Source of the DNA: Haplodiscus bocki
Lineage: Eukaryota
Length of the DNA stretch: 64,000 bases
Direction: 5' to 3'
Assembly (NCBI GenBank): GCA_965655095.1
Contig: OZ296648.1
Span: forward strand, 23,064,001-23,128,000
In this document: in pieces, positions 39,501-54,500 of the stretch
How the letters are laid out: every line of letters begins with the position of its first letter
How positions within the stretch are numbered: the first letter of the stretch is position 1
Translations under genes and position numbers: made by a program
The notes under the pieces: generated by a model
What the model saw: the letters and a program-made list of their open reading frames with translations, nothing else
Told to the model about the DNA's origin: nothing
Database searches by the model: none

Positions 39501-42500
39501 TAAAACGCCTGGCGCTTGCTTGACAAGTTCGCTCCTGGTTGTGTAAAGGAAGCAAAATTTTTTCCGTGCTCACAGTGGCGCTTCCTATAAGTCTTTTGTC
39601 AGGAAGACATGAAAGTGGAGTCTGCTCAGTGTTTTAGGGCACAAAACCCACTCGAATTCTAAGCGCTTAGTTCTTGCTTGAGATTGATGTTAGGTGGACA
39701 TTTCATGTTTTTTCCAAGGGATTTGACTGACAACCTGGAGTCAAACTTCATGCCTGGAATCTTGTACCTATCGGAACTTAAAAAATGTTAAACAGCCACT
39801 TTCTTTGCGGAAGTACGTTTATGTCTAGAGAGCTGTTTGGAACAATTTTAGTTTTCTCTATGCTCAAAATGAGCCGCCGCTTGGTGAAGAAAGGAGAAAT
39901 TTTGTGAGGGCTTTTCTTGTTCGTCCGTCTAATTCAACATTGGTGTTTGCACTGATCACGAGTATGCCATCATCCGAACATTCGAACTTCTCCACTTCTA
40001 TTCTGCAAAACATTTCCGAAACAAAATCAGCAGACAATACAGGGGAGAGAACTGCACCCTGCAGCGTTCCGATGTTGGTTTTGAACGTTTCACTTTTCGT
40101 GGTCGCCGCTTGCAAAGTATGAACTGCGGTTGTTGAGGAACTTCCGAAAGAAGCCAAAGAAGTGGCCAGAAACTCCGATGTTGTTACGCTTCCACAGTAG
40201 TCCATTCACCCAGACAGCGTCGAAGGCTTTTTAAATATTCATTGATATCAAAGCGCCAAGTAGATTTCTCGTTGTCGAGAATTTGCATTCAATCATCATT
40301 CGGTACAAAATTTGTAGGGTGCTCTTGTGTTCTTCGGATTCAGATCCAAACAATTTTTTTGTTCTGCAAAGTCTCTGACCAATCTTCCTAGCGGACTTTT
40401 AAATAATTTTCCAACATAGCTGGATACTGTGATTGGGCGGTATGACGAAGGTCTGGAGTAATTCTTTTTCCCTGATTTCCAAAGAAGGACGACTTTGCAG
40501 TTTTCACATGGACAGATTTTTTGCTCTGTCCATTTTTGATTTGTTGAAGCCTGAGTTCGCTGAAACTAGGTCCAGTCTTCTCCAGCATTTTGGCCTGAAC
40601 AATGTTTGTGTCAAAGACTGTGGGAAATTGTTTGATTGCTTAGTTTTCTCCTTGCCAGCTCAGAGGTCGTTGCACCCGTGGGTTTCATCCCTGCTGGTAC
40701 AGCTTCTTCCCTTTTTTGGCCTATGCATATTCGTGAGGTCACTGAGCTGCAATTGTAAACGCAGTTTGCAAGGCTCTGACACCTATAGAGTAGAAGCCTG
40801 TGGGTTGTTTATGTAAAATCAGAGTGCAAGACAAGCGAAGCCATAGGTTTCAGTTTCGATTTTTGGATTGGTACTGGTGTTGAAATACTCTGCTCAATTT
40901 TCCTTCGTCTCCCGGTCCATTTGTGGTCAAAAAAGATAATACACCTGCACGGTTGTCGTTCTCTTCACTGCAAATTGTGACTTCTTCGAAGTCTTCAAAA
41001 TCCTGAATCCTTGCTTCACAGTCTTGCCTTGGGTCTCCACTACACAGCTTTTCACGTTGTCGTTTGATAGCATTCTTTGGGGAACCTTGCTTTCAGTCTC
41101 TCGCAGTGTGGGTCTAGCGGGGGCGGGGGGTCTCGGCTAAAACAACCCACTGCAGTTGCTACTCGATATTAAAACGCCTGGCGCTTGCTTGACAAGTTCG
41201 CTCCTGGTAGTCTAAAGGAAGCAAAATTTTTTCCGTGCTCACAGTGGCGCTTCGTATAGGTTTTTTGTCAGGAAGACATGAAAGTGGAGTCTGCTCAGTG
41301 TTCTAGGGCACAATACCCACACGAATTCTAAGCGCTTAGTTCTTGCCTGAGATTGATGTTAGGTGGACATTTCATGTTTTTTCCAAGTGAATTGAATGAC
41401 AACCTGGAGTCAAACTTCATGCCTGGAATCTTGTAGCTATCGGAACTTAAAAAATGATAAACAGCAACTTTTTTTGCGGAATTACGTTTATGTCTAGAGA
41501 GATGCTTGGACAAATTACAGTTTTCTCTATGCTCAAATTGAGCCGCCGCTTGGTGCAGAAAGGAGAAATTTCATGAGGGCTGTTCTTGTTCCTCCGTCTA
41601 ATTCGGCATTGGTGTTTGCACAGATCAAGAGTATGCCATCATCCGAATATTCGAACTTCTCCACTTCTATTCTGCAAAACATTTCCGAAACAAAATCAGC
41701 AGACAATACAGGTGAGAGAACTGCACCCTGCAGCGTTCCGATGTTGGTTTTGAACGTTTCACTTTTCATGGTCGCCGCTTGCAAGGTATGAGCTGCGGTT
41801 GTTGACGAACTTCTGAAAGAAGCCAAAGAAGTGGCCAGAAATTCCGATGTTGTTACGCTTCCACAGTAGTCCATTCAACCAGACAGCGTCGATGGCTTTT
41901 TACATGTTCATTGATATCAAAGCGCCAAGTAGATTTCTCGTTGTCAAGAAATTGCAGTCAATCATCATTCGGTACAAAACTTGTAGGGTGCTGTTGTGTT
42001 CTTTGGATCCAGATCCAAACGATCCTTTTCTTCTGCAAAGGCTCTAAGCAATCAATCTAGCGCACTTTTGAATATTTTTCCAACATCGGTGGATAATGTG
42101 ATGGAGCGGTATGACGAAGGCATTGAGTAATTCGTTTTCCTTGGTTTCCAAAGAAGTACGACTTTGCAGTTTTCACATGGACAGATATTTTTTCTATCCA
42201 ATTTTGAACTGTTGAAGCCTGAGTTCGCTGAAACTAGGTCCAGCCCTCTCCAGCATTTTGGCCTGAACAATGTTTGTGTCAAAGACTGTGGGAAGTTGTT
42301 TGATTGCGTAGTTTTCTCCTTGCCAGCTCAGGGGTCGTTGCAGCCGTGGGTTTCATCCCTGCTTGTAGAGCTTCTTCCCTTTTTTGGCCTATGCATATTC
42401 GTGAGGGCACTGAGCTGCAATTGTAAACGCAGTTTGCAAGGCTCTGACACCTATAGAGTAGTAGCCTGTGGATTGTTTATGTAAAATCAGAGTGCAAGAC

Positions 42501-45500
42501 AGGCGAAGCCATAGGTTTCAGGTTCGATTTTTGGATTGGTGTTGGTGTTGAAATTCTCTGCTCAATTGTTTTTCGTCTTCCGGTCCATTTGTGTTCAAAA
42601 AAGATAATACACCTGCATGGTTGTTGTTATCTTCACTGCAAATTGTGACTTTTTTTGAAGTCTTTAAAATCTTCAATCCTTGTTTCACAGTCTTGCCTTG
42701 GGACTCCACTACACAGCTTTTCACGTTGGCGTTTGATATCCTTTTTTGGCGAAACTTGCTTTCAGTCTCTCGCAGTGTGGGTCTAGTGGGGGCGGGGGGT
42801 CTCGGCTAAAACAACCCAATGCAGTTGCTACTCGATATCAAAACGCCTAGCGCTTGCTTGAGAAGTTTGCTCGTGGTGGTGTAAAGGAAGCAAAACTTTT
42901 TCCGTGCTCGCAGTGCCGCTTCGTATGATTTTTTTTGTCAAGAAGACGTGAATATGGAGTCTGATCAATGTTTTGAGGCAAAATTCCCACTCGGTATCTA
43001 AGTGTTTAGCTCTTGCCTGAGAGTGATGTTGGGTGGACATTTCATGTTTTTTCCAAGGGATTTGAATGAAAACCTGGAGTCAAACTTCATGCCTGGAATC
43101 TTGTAGCTATCGGAACTTAAAAAAAGTTAAACAGCCAATTTTTTTGCGGAATTACGTTTATGTCTAGAGAGCTGGTTGGAACAATCACAGTTTTCTCCAT
43201 GCTCATATTGAGCCGCCGCTTGGTGCAGAAAGGAGAAATTTCATGAGGGCTGATCTTGTTCGTCCGTCTAATTCGACATTGGTGTTTGCACTGATCAAGA
43301 GTATGCCATCATCCGAACATTCGAACTTCTCCACTTCTATTCTGCAAAACATTTCCGAAACAAAATCAGCAGACAATACAGGGGAGAGAACTGCACCCTG
43401 CAGCGTTCCGATGTTGGTTTTGAACGTTTCACTTTTCGTGGTCGCCGCTTGCAAAGTATGAACTGCGGTTGTTGAGGAACTTCCGAAAGAAGCCAAAGAA
43501 GTGGCCAGAAACTCCGATGTTGTTACGCTTCCACAGTAGTCCATTCACCCAGACAGCGTCGAAGGCTTTTTAAATGTTCATTGATATCAAAGCGCCAAGT
43601 AGATTTCTCGTTGTCGAGAATTTGCATTCAATCATCATTCGGTACAAAATTTGTAGGGTGCTCTTGTGTTCTTCGGATTCAGATCCAAACAATTTTTTTG
43701 TTCTGCAAAGTCTCTGACCAATCAATCTAGCGGACTTTTAAATAATTTTCCAACATAGCTGGATACTGTGATTGGGCGGTATGACGAAGGTCTGGAGTAA
43801 TTCTTTTTCCCTGATTTCCAAAGAAGGACGACTTTGCAGTTTTCACATGGACAGATTTTTTTCTATCCAATTTTGAACTGTTGAAGCCTGAGTTCGCTGA
43901 AACCAGGTCCAGCCCTCTCCAGCATTTTGGCCTGAACAATGTTTGTGTCAAAGACTGTGGGAAGTTGTTTGTTTGCGTAGTTTTCTCCTTGCCAGCTCAG
44001 GGGTCGTTGCAGCCGTGGGTTTCATCCCTCCTCGTAGAGCTTCTTCCCCTTTTTGGCCTATGCATATTCGTGAGAGCACTGAGCTGCAATTGTAAGCGCA
44101 GTTTGCAAGGCTCTGACACCTATAGAGTAGAAGCCTGTGGGTTGTTTATGTAAAATTAGAGTGCAAGACAAGCGAAGCCATAGGTTTCAGTTTCGATTTT
44201 TGGATTGGTACTGGTGTTGAAATACTCTGCTCAATTTTCCTTCGTCTCCCGGTCCATTTGTGGTCAAAAAAGATAATACACCTGCACGGTTGTCGTTCTC
44301 TTCACTGCAAATTGTGACTTCTTCGAAGTCTTCAAAATCCTGAAACCTTGCTTCACAGTCTTGCCTTGGGCCTCCACTACACAGCTTTTCACGTTGTCGT
44401 TTGATAGCATTTTTTGGGGAACCTTGCTTTCAGTCTCTCGCAGTGTGGGTCTAGCGGGGGCGGGGGGTCTCGGCTAAAACAACCCACTGCAGTTGCTACT
44501 CGATATTAAAACGCCTGGCGCTTGCTTGACAATTTCGCTCCTGGTAGTGTAAAGGAAGCAAAATTTTTTCCGTGCTCACATTGGCGCTTCGTATAAGTTT
44601 TTTGTCAGGAAGACATGAACGTGGAGTCTCCTCAGTGTTTTAGGGCACAATACCCACTCGAATTCTAAGCGCTTAGTTCTTGCCTGAGAGTGTTGTTATG
44701 TTGACATTTCATGTTTTTTCCGAGGGATTTGAAAGACAACCTGGAGTCAAACTTCATGCCTGGAACCTTGTAGCTATCGGAACTTAAAAAATGATAAACA
44801 GCAAATTTTTTTGCGGAATTACGTTTATGCCTAGAGAGCTGCTTGGACAAATTACAGTTTTCTCTATGCTCAAATTGAGCCGCCGTTTGGTGCAGAAAGG
44901 AGAAATTTCGTGAGGGCTGTTCTTGTTCGTCCGTCTAATTCGACATTGGTGTTTGCACTGATCAAGAGTATGCCATCATCCGAACGTTCGAACTTCTCCA
45001 CTTCTATTCTGCAAAACATTTCCGAAACAAAATCAGCAGACAATACATGTGAGAGAACTGCACCCTGCAGCGTTCCGATGTTGGCTTTGAACGTTTCACT
45101 TTTCGTGGTCCCCGCTTCCAAAGTATGAACTGCGGTTGTTCGGGAACTTCCGAAAGAAGCCAAAGAAGTGGCCAGAATTTCCGATGTTGTTACGCTTCGA
45201 CAGTGGTCCATTCACCCAGACAGCGTCGAAGGCTTTTTAAATGTTCATTGATATCAAAGCGCCAAGTAGATTTCTCGTTGTCGAGAATTTGCAGTCAATC
45301 GTCATTCGGTACAAAACTTTTAGGGTGCTCTTGTGTTCTTCGGATCCAGATCCAAACGATCCTTTTGTTCTGCAAAAGCTCTGAGCAATGAATCTAGCGC
45401 ACTACTGAATAATTTTCCAACATCGGTGGATAATGTGATGGAGCGGTATGACGAAGGCATTGAGTAATTCGTTTTCCGTGGTTTCCAAAGAAGTACGACT

Positions 45501-48500
45501 TTGCAGTTTTCACATGGACAGATTTTTTTTCTATCCATTTTTGACCTGTTGAAGCCTGAGTTCGCTGAAACTAGGTCCAGCCCTCTCCACCATTTTGGCC
45601 TGAACAATGTTTGTGTCAAAGACTGTGGGAAGTTGTTTGTTTGCGTAGTTTTCTCCTTGCCAGCTCAGGGGTCGTTGCAGCCGTGGGTTTCATCCCTCCT
45701 TGTAGAGCTTCTTCCCCTTTTTGGCCTATGCATATTCGTGAGAGCACTGAGCTGCAATTGTAAGCGCAGTTTGCAAGGCTCTGACACCTATAGAGTAGAA
45801 GCCTGTGGGTTGTTTATGTAAAATCAGAGTGCAAGACAAGCGAAGCCATAGGTTTCAGTTTCGATTTTTGGATTGGTACTGGTGTTGAAATACTCTGCTC
45901 AATTTTCCTTCGTCTCCCGGTCCATTTGTGGTCAAAAAAGATAATACACCTGCACGGTTGTCGTTCTCTTCACTGCAAATTGTGACTTCTTCGAAGTCTC
46001 CAAAATCCTGAAACCTTGCTTCACAGTCTTGCCTTGGGCCTCCACTACACAGCTTTTCACGTTGTCGTTTGATAGCATTTTTTGGGGAACCTTGCTTTCA
46101 GTCTCTCGCAGTGTGGGTCTAGCGGGGGCGGGGGGTCTCGGCTAAAACAACCCACTGCAGTTGCTACTCGATATTAAAACGCCTGGCGCTTGCTTGACAA
46201 TTTCGCTCCTGGTAGTGTAAAGGAAGCAAAATTTTTTCCGTGCTCACATTGGCGCTTCGTATAAGTTTTTTGTCAGGAAGACATGAACGTGGAGTCTCCT
46301 CAGTGTTTTAGGGCACAATACCCACTCGAATTCTAAGCGCTTAGTTCTTGCCTGAGAGTGTTGTTAGGTTGACATTTCATGTTTTTTCCAAGGGATTTGA
46401 AAGACAACCTGGAGTCAAACTTCATGCCTGGAACCTTGTAGCTATCGGAACTTAAAAAATGATAAACAACAAATTTTTTCGCGGAATTACGTTTATGCCT
46501 AGAGAGCTGCTTGGACAAATTACAGTTTTCTCTATGCTCAAATTGAGCCGCCGCTTGGTGCAGAAAGGAGAAATTTCATGAGGGCTGTTCTTGTTCGTCC
46601 GTCTAATTCGACATTGGTGTTTGCACTGATCAAGAGTATGCCATCATCCGAACGTTCGAACTTCTCCACTTCTATTCTGCAAAACATTTCCGAAACAAAA
46701 TCAGCAGACAATACATGTGAGAGAACTGCACCCTGCAGCGTTCCGATGTTGGCTTTGAACGTTTCACTTTTCGTGGTCCCCGCTTCCAAAGTATGAACTG
46801 CGGTTGTTCGGGAACTTCCGAAAGAAGCCAAAGAAGTGGCCAGAATTTCCGATGTTGTTACGCTTCGACAGTGGTCCATTCACCCAGACAGCGTCGAAGG
46901 CTTTTTAAATGTTCATTGATATCAAAGCGCCAAGTAGATTTCTCGTTGTCGAGAATTTGCAGTCAATCGTCATTCGGTACAAAACTTTTAGGGTGCTCTT
47001 GTGTTCTTCGGATCCAGATCCAAACGATCCTTTTGTTCTGCAAAAGCTCTGAGCAATGAATCTAGCGCACTACTGAATAATTTTCCAACATCGGTGGATA
47101 ATGTGATGGAGCGGTATGACGAAGGCATTGAGTAATTCGTTTTCCGTGGTTTCCAAAGAAGTACGACTTTGCAGTTTTCACATGGACAGATTTTTTTTCT
47201 ATCCATTTTTGACCTGTTGAAGCCTGAGTTCGCTGAAACTAGGTCCAGCCCTCTCCACCATTTTGGCCTGAACAATGTTTGTGTCAAAGACTGTGGGAAG
47301 TTGTTTGTTTGCGTAGTTTTCTCCTTGCCAGCTCAGGGGTCGTTGCAGCCGTGGGTTTCATCCCTCCTTGTAGAGCTTCTTCCCCTTTTTGGCCTATGCA
47401 TATTCGTGAGAGCACTGAGCTGCAATTGTAAGCGCAGTTTGCAAGGCTCTGACACCTATAGAGTAGAAGCCTGTGGGTTGTTTATGTAAAATCAGAGTGC
47501 AAGACAAGCGAAGCCATAGGTTTCAGTTTCGATTTTTGGATTGGTACTGGTGTTGAAATACTCTGCTCAATTTTCCTTCGTCTCCCGGTCCATTTGTGGT
47601 CAAAAAAGATAATACACCTGCACGGTTGTCGTTCTCTTCACTGCAAATTGTGACTTCTTCGAAGTCTCCAAAATCCTGAAACCTTGCTTCACAGTCTTGC
47701 CTTGGGCCTCCACTACACAGCTTTTCACGTTGTCGTTTGATAGCATTTTTTGGGGAACCTTGCTTTCAGTCTCTCGCAGTGTGGGTCTAGCGGGGGCGGG
47801 GGGTCTCGGCTAAAACAACCCACTGCAGTTGCTACTCGATATTAAAACGCCTGGCGCTTGCTTGACAATTTCGCTCCTGGTAGTGTAAAGGAAGCAAAAT
47901 TTTTTCCGTGCTCACATTGGCGCTTCGTATAAGTTTTTTGTCAGGAAGACATGAACGTGGAGTCTCCTCAGTGTTTTAGGGCACAATACCCACTCGAATT
48001 CTAAGCGCTTAGTTCTTGCCTGAGAGTGTTGTTAGGTTGACATTTCATGTTTTTTCCAAGGGATTTGAAAGACAACCTGGAGTCAAACTTCATGCCTGGA
48101 ACCTTGTAGCTATCGGAACTTAAAAAATGATAAACAACAAATTTTTTCGCGGAATTACGTTTATGCCTAGAGAGCTGCTTGGACAAATTACAGTTTTCTC
48201 TATGCTCAAATTGAGCCGCCGCTTGGTGCAGAAAGGAGAAATTTCATGAGGGCTGTTCTTGTTCGTCCGTCTAATTCGACATTGGTGTTTGCACTGATCA
48301 AGAGTATGCCATCATCCGAACATTCGAACTTCTTCACTTCTATTCTGCAAAACATTTCCGAAACAAAATCAGCAGACAATACAGGTGAGAGAACTGCACC
48401 GTGCAGCGTTCCGATGTTGGCTTTGAACGTTTCACTTTTCGTGGTCCCCGCTTCCAAAGTATGAACTGCGGTTGTTCGGGAACTTCCGAAAGAAGCCAAA

Positions 48501-51500
48501 GAAGTGGCCAGAATTTCCGATGTTGTTACGCTTCGACAGTGGTCCATTCACCCAGACAGCGTCGAAGGCTTTTTAAATGTTCATTGATATCAAAGCGCCA
48601 AGTAGATTTCTCGTTGTCGAGAATTTGCAGTCAATCGTCATTCGGTACAAAACTTGTAGGGTGCTCTTGTGTTCTTCGGATCCAGATCCAAACGATCCTT
48701 TTGTTCTGCAAAAGCTCTGAGCAATGAATCTAGCGCACTACTGAATAATTTTCCAACATCGGTGGATAATGTGATGGAGCGGTATGACGAAGGCATTGAG
48801 TAATTCGTTTTCCGTGGTTTCCAAAGAAGTACGACTTTGCAGTTTTCACATGGACAGATTTTTTTTCCATCCATTTTTGACCTGTTGAAGCCTGAGTTCG
48901 CTGAAACTAGGTCCAGCCCTCTCCACCATTTTGGCCTGAACAATGTTTGTGTCAAAGACTGTGGGAAGTTGTTTGTTTGCGTAGTTTTCTCCTTGCCAGC
49001 TCAGGGGTCGTTGCAGCCGTGGGTTTCATCCCTCCTTGTAGAGCTTCTTCCCCTTTTTGGCCTATGCATATTCGTGAGAGCACTGAGCTGCAATTGTAAA
49101 CGCAGTTTGCAAGGCTCTGACACCTATAGAGTAGAAGCCTGTGGGTTGTTTATGTAAAATCAGAGTGCAAGACAAGCGAAGCCATAGGTTTCAGTTTCGA
49201 TTTTTGGATTGGTACTGGTGTTGAAATACTCTGCTCAATTTTCCTTCGTCTCCCGGTCCATTTGTGGTCAAAAAAGATAATACACCTGCACGGTTGTCGT
49301 TCTCTTCACTGCAAATTGTGACTTCTTCGAAGTCTTCAAAATCCTGAAACCTTGCTTCACAGTCTTGCCTTGGGCCTCCACTACACAGCTTTTCACGTTG
49401 TCGTTTGATAGCATTTTTTGGGGAACCTTGCTTTGAGTCTCTCGCAGTGTGGGTCTAGCGGGGGCGGGGGGTCTCGGCTAAAACAACCCACTGCAGTTGC
49501 TACTCGATATTAAAACGCCTGGCGCTTGCTTGACAATTTCGCTCCTGGTAGTGTAAAGGAAGCAAAATTTTTTCCGTGCTCACATTGGCGCTTCGTATAA
49601 GTTTTTTGTCAGGAAGACATGAACGTGGAGTCTCCTCAGTGTTTTAGGGCACAATACCCACTCGAATTCTAAGCGCTTAGTTCTTGCCTGAGAGTGTTGT
49701 TAGGTTGACATTTCATGTTTTTTCCAAGGGATTTGAAAGACAACCTGGAGTCAAACTTCATGCCTGGAACCTTGTAGCTATCGGAACTTAAAAAATGATA
49801 AACAGCAAATTTTTTTGCGGAATTACGTTTATGCCTAGAGAGCTGCTTGGACAAATTACAGTTTTCTCTATGCTCAAATTGAGCCGCCGCTTGGTGCAGA
49901 AAGGAGAAATTTCATGAGGGCTGTTCTTGTTCGTCCGTCTAATTCGACATTGGTGTTTGCACTGATCAAGAGTACGCCATCATCCGAACATTCGAACTTC
50001 TCCACTTCTATTCTGCAAAACATTTCCGAAACAAAATCAGCAGACAATACAGGTGAGAGAACTGCACCCTGCAGCGTTCCGATGTTGGCTTTGAACGTTT
50101 CACTTTTCGTGGTCCCCGCTTCCAAAGTATGAACTGCGGTTGTTCGGGAACTTCCGAAAGAAGCCAAAGAAGTGGCCAGAAATTCCGATGTTGTTACGCT
50201 TCCACAGTAGTCCATTCACCCAGACAGCGTCGAAGGCTTTTTAAATGTTCATTGATATCAAAGCGCCAAGTAGATTTCTCGTTGTCGAGAATTTGCAGTC
50301 AATCGTCATTCGGTACAAAACTTGTAGGGTGCTCTTGTGTTCTTCGGATCCAGATCCAAACGATCCTTTTGTTCTGCAAAAGCTCTGAGCAATGAATCTA
50401 GCGCACTACTGAATAATTTTCCAACATCGGTGGATAATGTGATGGAGCGGTATGACGAAGGCATTGAGTAATTCTTTTTCCCTGATTTCCAAAGAAGGAC
50501 GACTTTGCAGTTTTCACATGGACAGATTTTTTTCTATCCAATTTTGAACTGTTGAAGCCTGAGTTCGCTGAAACCAGGTCCAGCCCTCTTCAGCATTTTG
50601 GCCTGAACAATGTTTGTGTCAAAGACTGTGGGAAGTTGTTTGTTTGCGTAGTTTTCTCCTTGCCAGCTCAGGGGTCGTTGCAGCCGTGGGTTTCATCCCT
50701 CCTTGTAGAGCTTCTTCCCCTTTTTGGCCTATGCATATTCGTGAGAGCACTGAGCTGCAATTGTAAACGCAGTTTGCAAGGCTCTGACACCTATAGAGTA
50801 GAGGCCTGTGGGTTGTTTATGTAAAATCAGAGTGCAAGACAAGCGAAGCCATAGGTTTCAGTTTCGATTTTTGGATTGGTACTGGTGTTGAAATACTCTG
50901 CTCAATTTTCCTTCGTCTCCCGGTCCATTTGTGGTCAAAAAAGATAATACACCTGCACGGTTGTCGTTCTCTTCACTGCAAATTGTGACTTCTTCGAAGT
51001 CCTCAAAATCCTGAATCCTTGCTTCACAGTCTTGCCTTGGGTCTCCACTACACAGCTTTTCACGTTGTCGTTTGATAGCATTCTTTGGGGAACCTTGCTT
51101 TCAGTCTCTCGCAGTGTGGGTCTAGCGGGGGCGGGGGGTCTCGGCTAAAACAACCCACTGCAGTTGCTACTCGATATTAAAACGCCTGGCGCTTGCTTGA
51201 CAATTTCGCTCCTGGTAGTGTAAAGGAAGCAAAATTTTTTCCGTGCTCACATTGGCGCTTCGTATAAGTTTTTTGTCAGGAAGACATGAACGTGGAGTCT
51301 CCTCAGTGTTTTAGGGCACAATACCCACTCGAATTCTAAGCGCTTAGTTCTTGCCTGAGAGTGTTGTTAGGTTGACATTTCATGTTTTTTCCAAGGGATT
51401 TGAAAGACAACCTGGAGTCAAACTTCATGCCTGGAACCTTGTAGCTATCGGAACTTAAAAAATGTTAAACAGCCAATTTTTTTGCGGAATTACGTTTATG

Positions 51501-54500
51501 TCTAGAGAGCTGGTTGGAACAATCACAGTTTTCTCCATGCTCATATTGAGCCGCCGCTTGGTGCAGAAAGGAGAAATTTCATGAGGGCTGATCTTGTTCG
51601 TCCGTCTAATTCGACATTGGTGTTTGCACTGATCAAGAGTATGCCATCATCCGAACATTCGAACTTCTCCACTTCTATTCTGCAAAACATTTCCGAAACA
51701 AAATCAGCAGACAATACAGGGGAGAGAACTGCACCCTGCAGCGTTCCGATGTTGGTTTTGAACGTTTCACTTTTCGTGGTCGCCGCTTGCAAAGTATGAA
51801 CTGCGGTTGTTGAGGAACTTCCGAAAGAAGCCAAAGAAGTGGCCAGAAACTCCGATGTTGTTACGCTTCCACAGTAGTCCATTCACCCAGACAGCGTCGA
51901 AGGCTTTTTAAATGTTCATTGATATCAAAGCGCCAAGTAGATTTCTCGTTGTCGAGAATTTGCATTCAATCATCATTCGGTACAAAATTTGTAGGGTGCT
52001 CTTGTGTTCTTCGGATTCAGATCCAAACAATTTTTTTGTTCTGCAAAGTCTCTGACCAATCAATCTAGCGGACTTTTAAATGATTTTCCAACATAGCTGG
52101 ATACTGTGATTGGGCGGTATGACGAAGGTCTCGAGTAATTCTTTTCCCCTGATTTCCAAAGAAGGACGACTTTGCAGTTTTCACATGGACAGATTTTTTT
52201 CTATCCAATTTTGAACTGTTGAAGCCTGAGTTCGCTGAAACCAGGTCCAGCCCTCTCCAGCATTTTGGCCTGAACAATGTTTGTGTCAAAGACTGTGGGA
52301 AGTTGTTTGTTTGCGCAGTTTTCTCCTTGCCAGCTCAGGGGTCGTTGCAGCCGTGGGTTTCATCCCTCCTTGTGGAGCTTCTTCCCCTTTTTGGCCTATG
52401 CATATTCGTGAGAGCACTGAGCTGCAATTGTAAACGCAGTTTGCAAGGCTCTGACACCTATAGAGTAGAAGCCTGTGGGTTGTTTATGTAAAATCAGAGT
52501 GCAAGACAAGCGAAGCCATAGGTTTCAGTTTCGATTTTTGGATTGGTAATGGTGTTGAAATACTCTGCTCAATTTTCCTTCGTCTCCCGGTCCATTTGTG
52601 GTCAAAAAAGATAATACACCTGCACGGTTGTCGTTCTCTTCACTGCAAATTGTGACTTCTTCGAAGTCTCCAAAATCCTGAAACCTTGCTTCACAGTCTT
52701 GCCTTGGGCCTCCACTACACAGCTTTTCACGTTGTCGTTTGATAGCATTTTTTGGGGAACCTTGCTTTCAGTCTCTCGCAGTGTGGGTCTAGCGGGGGCG
52801 GGGGGTCTCGGCTAAAACAACCCACTGCAGTTGCTACTCGATATTAAAACGCCTGGCGCTTGCTTGACAATTTCGCTCCTGGTAGTGTAAAGGAAGCAAA
52901 ATTTTTTCCGTGCTCACATTGGCGCTTCGTATAAGTTTTTTGTCAGGAAGACATGAACGTGGAGTCTCCTCAGTGTTTTAGGGCACAATACCCACTCGAA
53001 TTCTAAGCGCTTAGTTCTTGCCTGAGAGTGTTGTTAGGTTGACATTTCATGTTTTTTCCAAGGGATTTGAAAGACAACCTGGAGTCAAACTTCATGCCTG
53101 GAACCTTGTAGCTATCGGAACTTAAAAAATGATAAACAGCAAATTTTTTTGCGGAATTACGTTTATGCCTAGAGAGCTGCTTGGACAAATTACAGTTTTC
53201 TCTATGCTCAAATTGAGCCGCCGCTTGGTGCAGAAAGGAGAAATTTCATGAGGGCTGTTCTTGTTCGTCCGTCTAATTCGACATTGGTGTTTGCACTGAT
53301 CAAGAGTATGCCATCATCCGAACATTCGAACTTCTCCACTTCTATTCTGCAAAACATTTCCGAAACAAAATCAGCAGACAATACAGGTGAGAGAACTGCA
53401 CCGTGCAGCGTTCCGATGTTGGCTTTGAACGTTTCACTTTTCGTGGTCCCCGCTTCCAAAGTATGAACTGCGGTTGTTCGGGAACTTCCGAAAGAAGCCA
53501 AAGAAGTGGCCAGAATTTCCGATGTTGTTACGCTTCCACAGTAGTCCATTCACCCAGACAGCGTCGAAGGCTTTTTAAATGTTCATTGATATCAAAGCGC
53601 CAAGTAGATTTCTCGTTGTCGAGAATTTGCAGTCAATCGTCATTCGGTACAAAACTTGTAGGGTGCTCTTGTGTTCTTCGGATCCAGATCCAAACGATCC
53701 TTTTGTTCTGCAAAAGCTCTGAGCAATGAATCTAGCGCACTACTGAATAATTTTCCAACATCGGTGGATAATGTGATGGAGCGGTATGACGAAGGCATTG
53801 AGTAATTCGTTTTCCGTGGTTTCCAAAGAAGTACGACTTTGCAGTTTTCACATGGACAGATTTTTTTTCTATCCATTTTTGACCTGTTGAAGCCTGAGTT
53901 CGCTGAAACTAGGTCCAGCCCTCTCCAGCATTTTGGCCTGAACAATGTTTGTGTCAAAGACTGTGGGAAGTTGTTTGATTGCGTAGTTTTCTCCTTGCCA
54001 GCTCAGAGGTCGTTGCACCCGTGGGTTTCATCCCTGCTTGTACAGCTTCTTCCCTTTTTTGGCCTATGCATATTCGTGAGGGCACTGAGCTGCAATTGTA
54101 AACGCAGTTTGCAAGGCTCTGACACCTATAGAGTAGTAGCCTGTGGATTGTTTATGTCAAATCAGAGTGCAAGACAGGCGAAGCCATAGGTTTCAGTTTC
54201 GATTTTTGGAATGGTATTGGTGCTGAAATTCTCTGCTCAATTTTTCTTCGTCTTCCGGTCCATTTGTGGTCAAAAAAGATAATACACCTGCATGGTTGTC
54301 GTTCTCTTCACTGCAAATTGTGACATCTTCCAAGTCTTCAAAATCCTGAATCCGTGCTTCACAGTCTTGCATTGGGACTCCACTACACAGATTTTCACGT
54401 TGTCGTTTGATAGCATTTTTTGGGGAACGTTGCTTTCAGTCTCTCGCAGTGTGGGTCTAGCGGGGGCGGGGGGTCTCGGCTAAAACAACCCACTGCAGTT

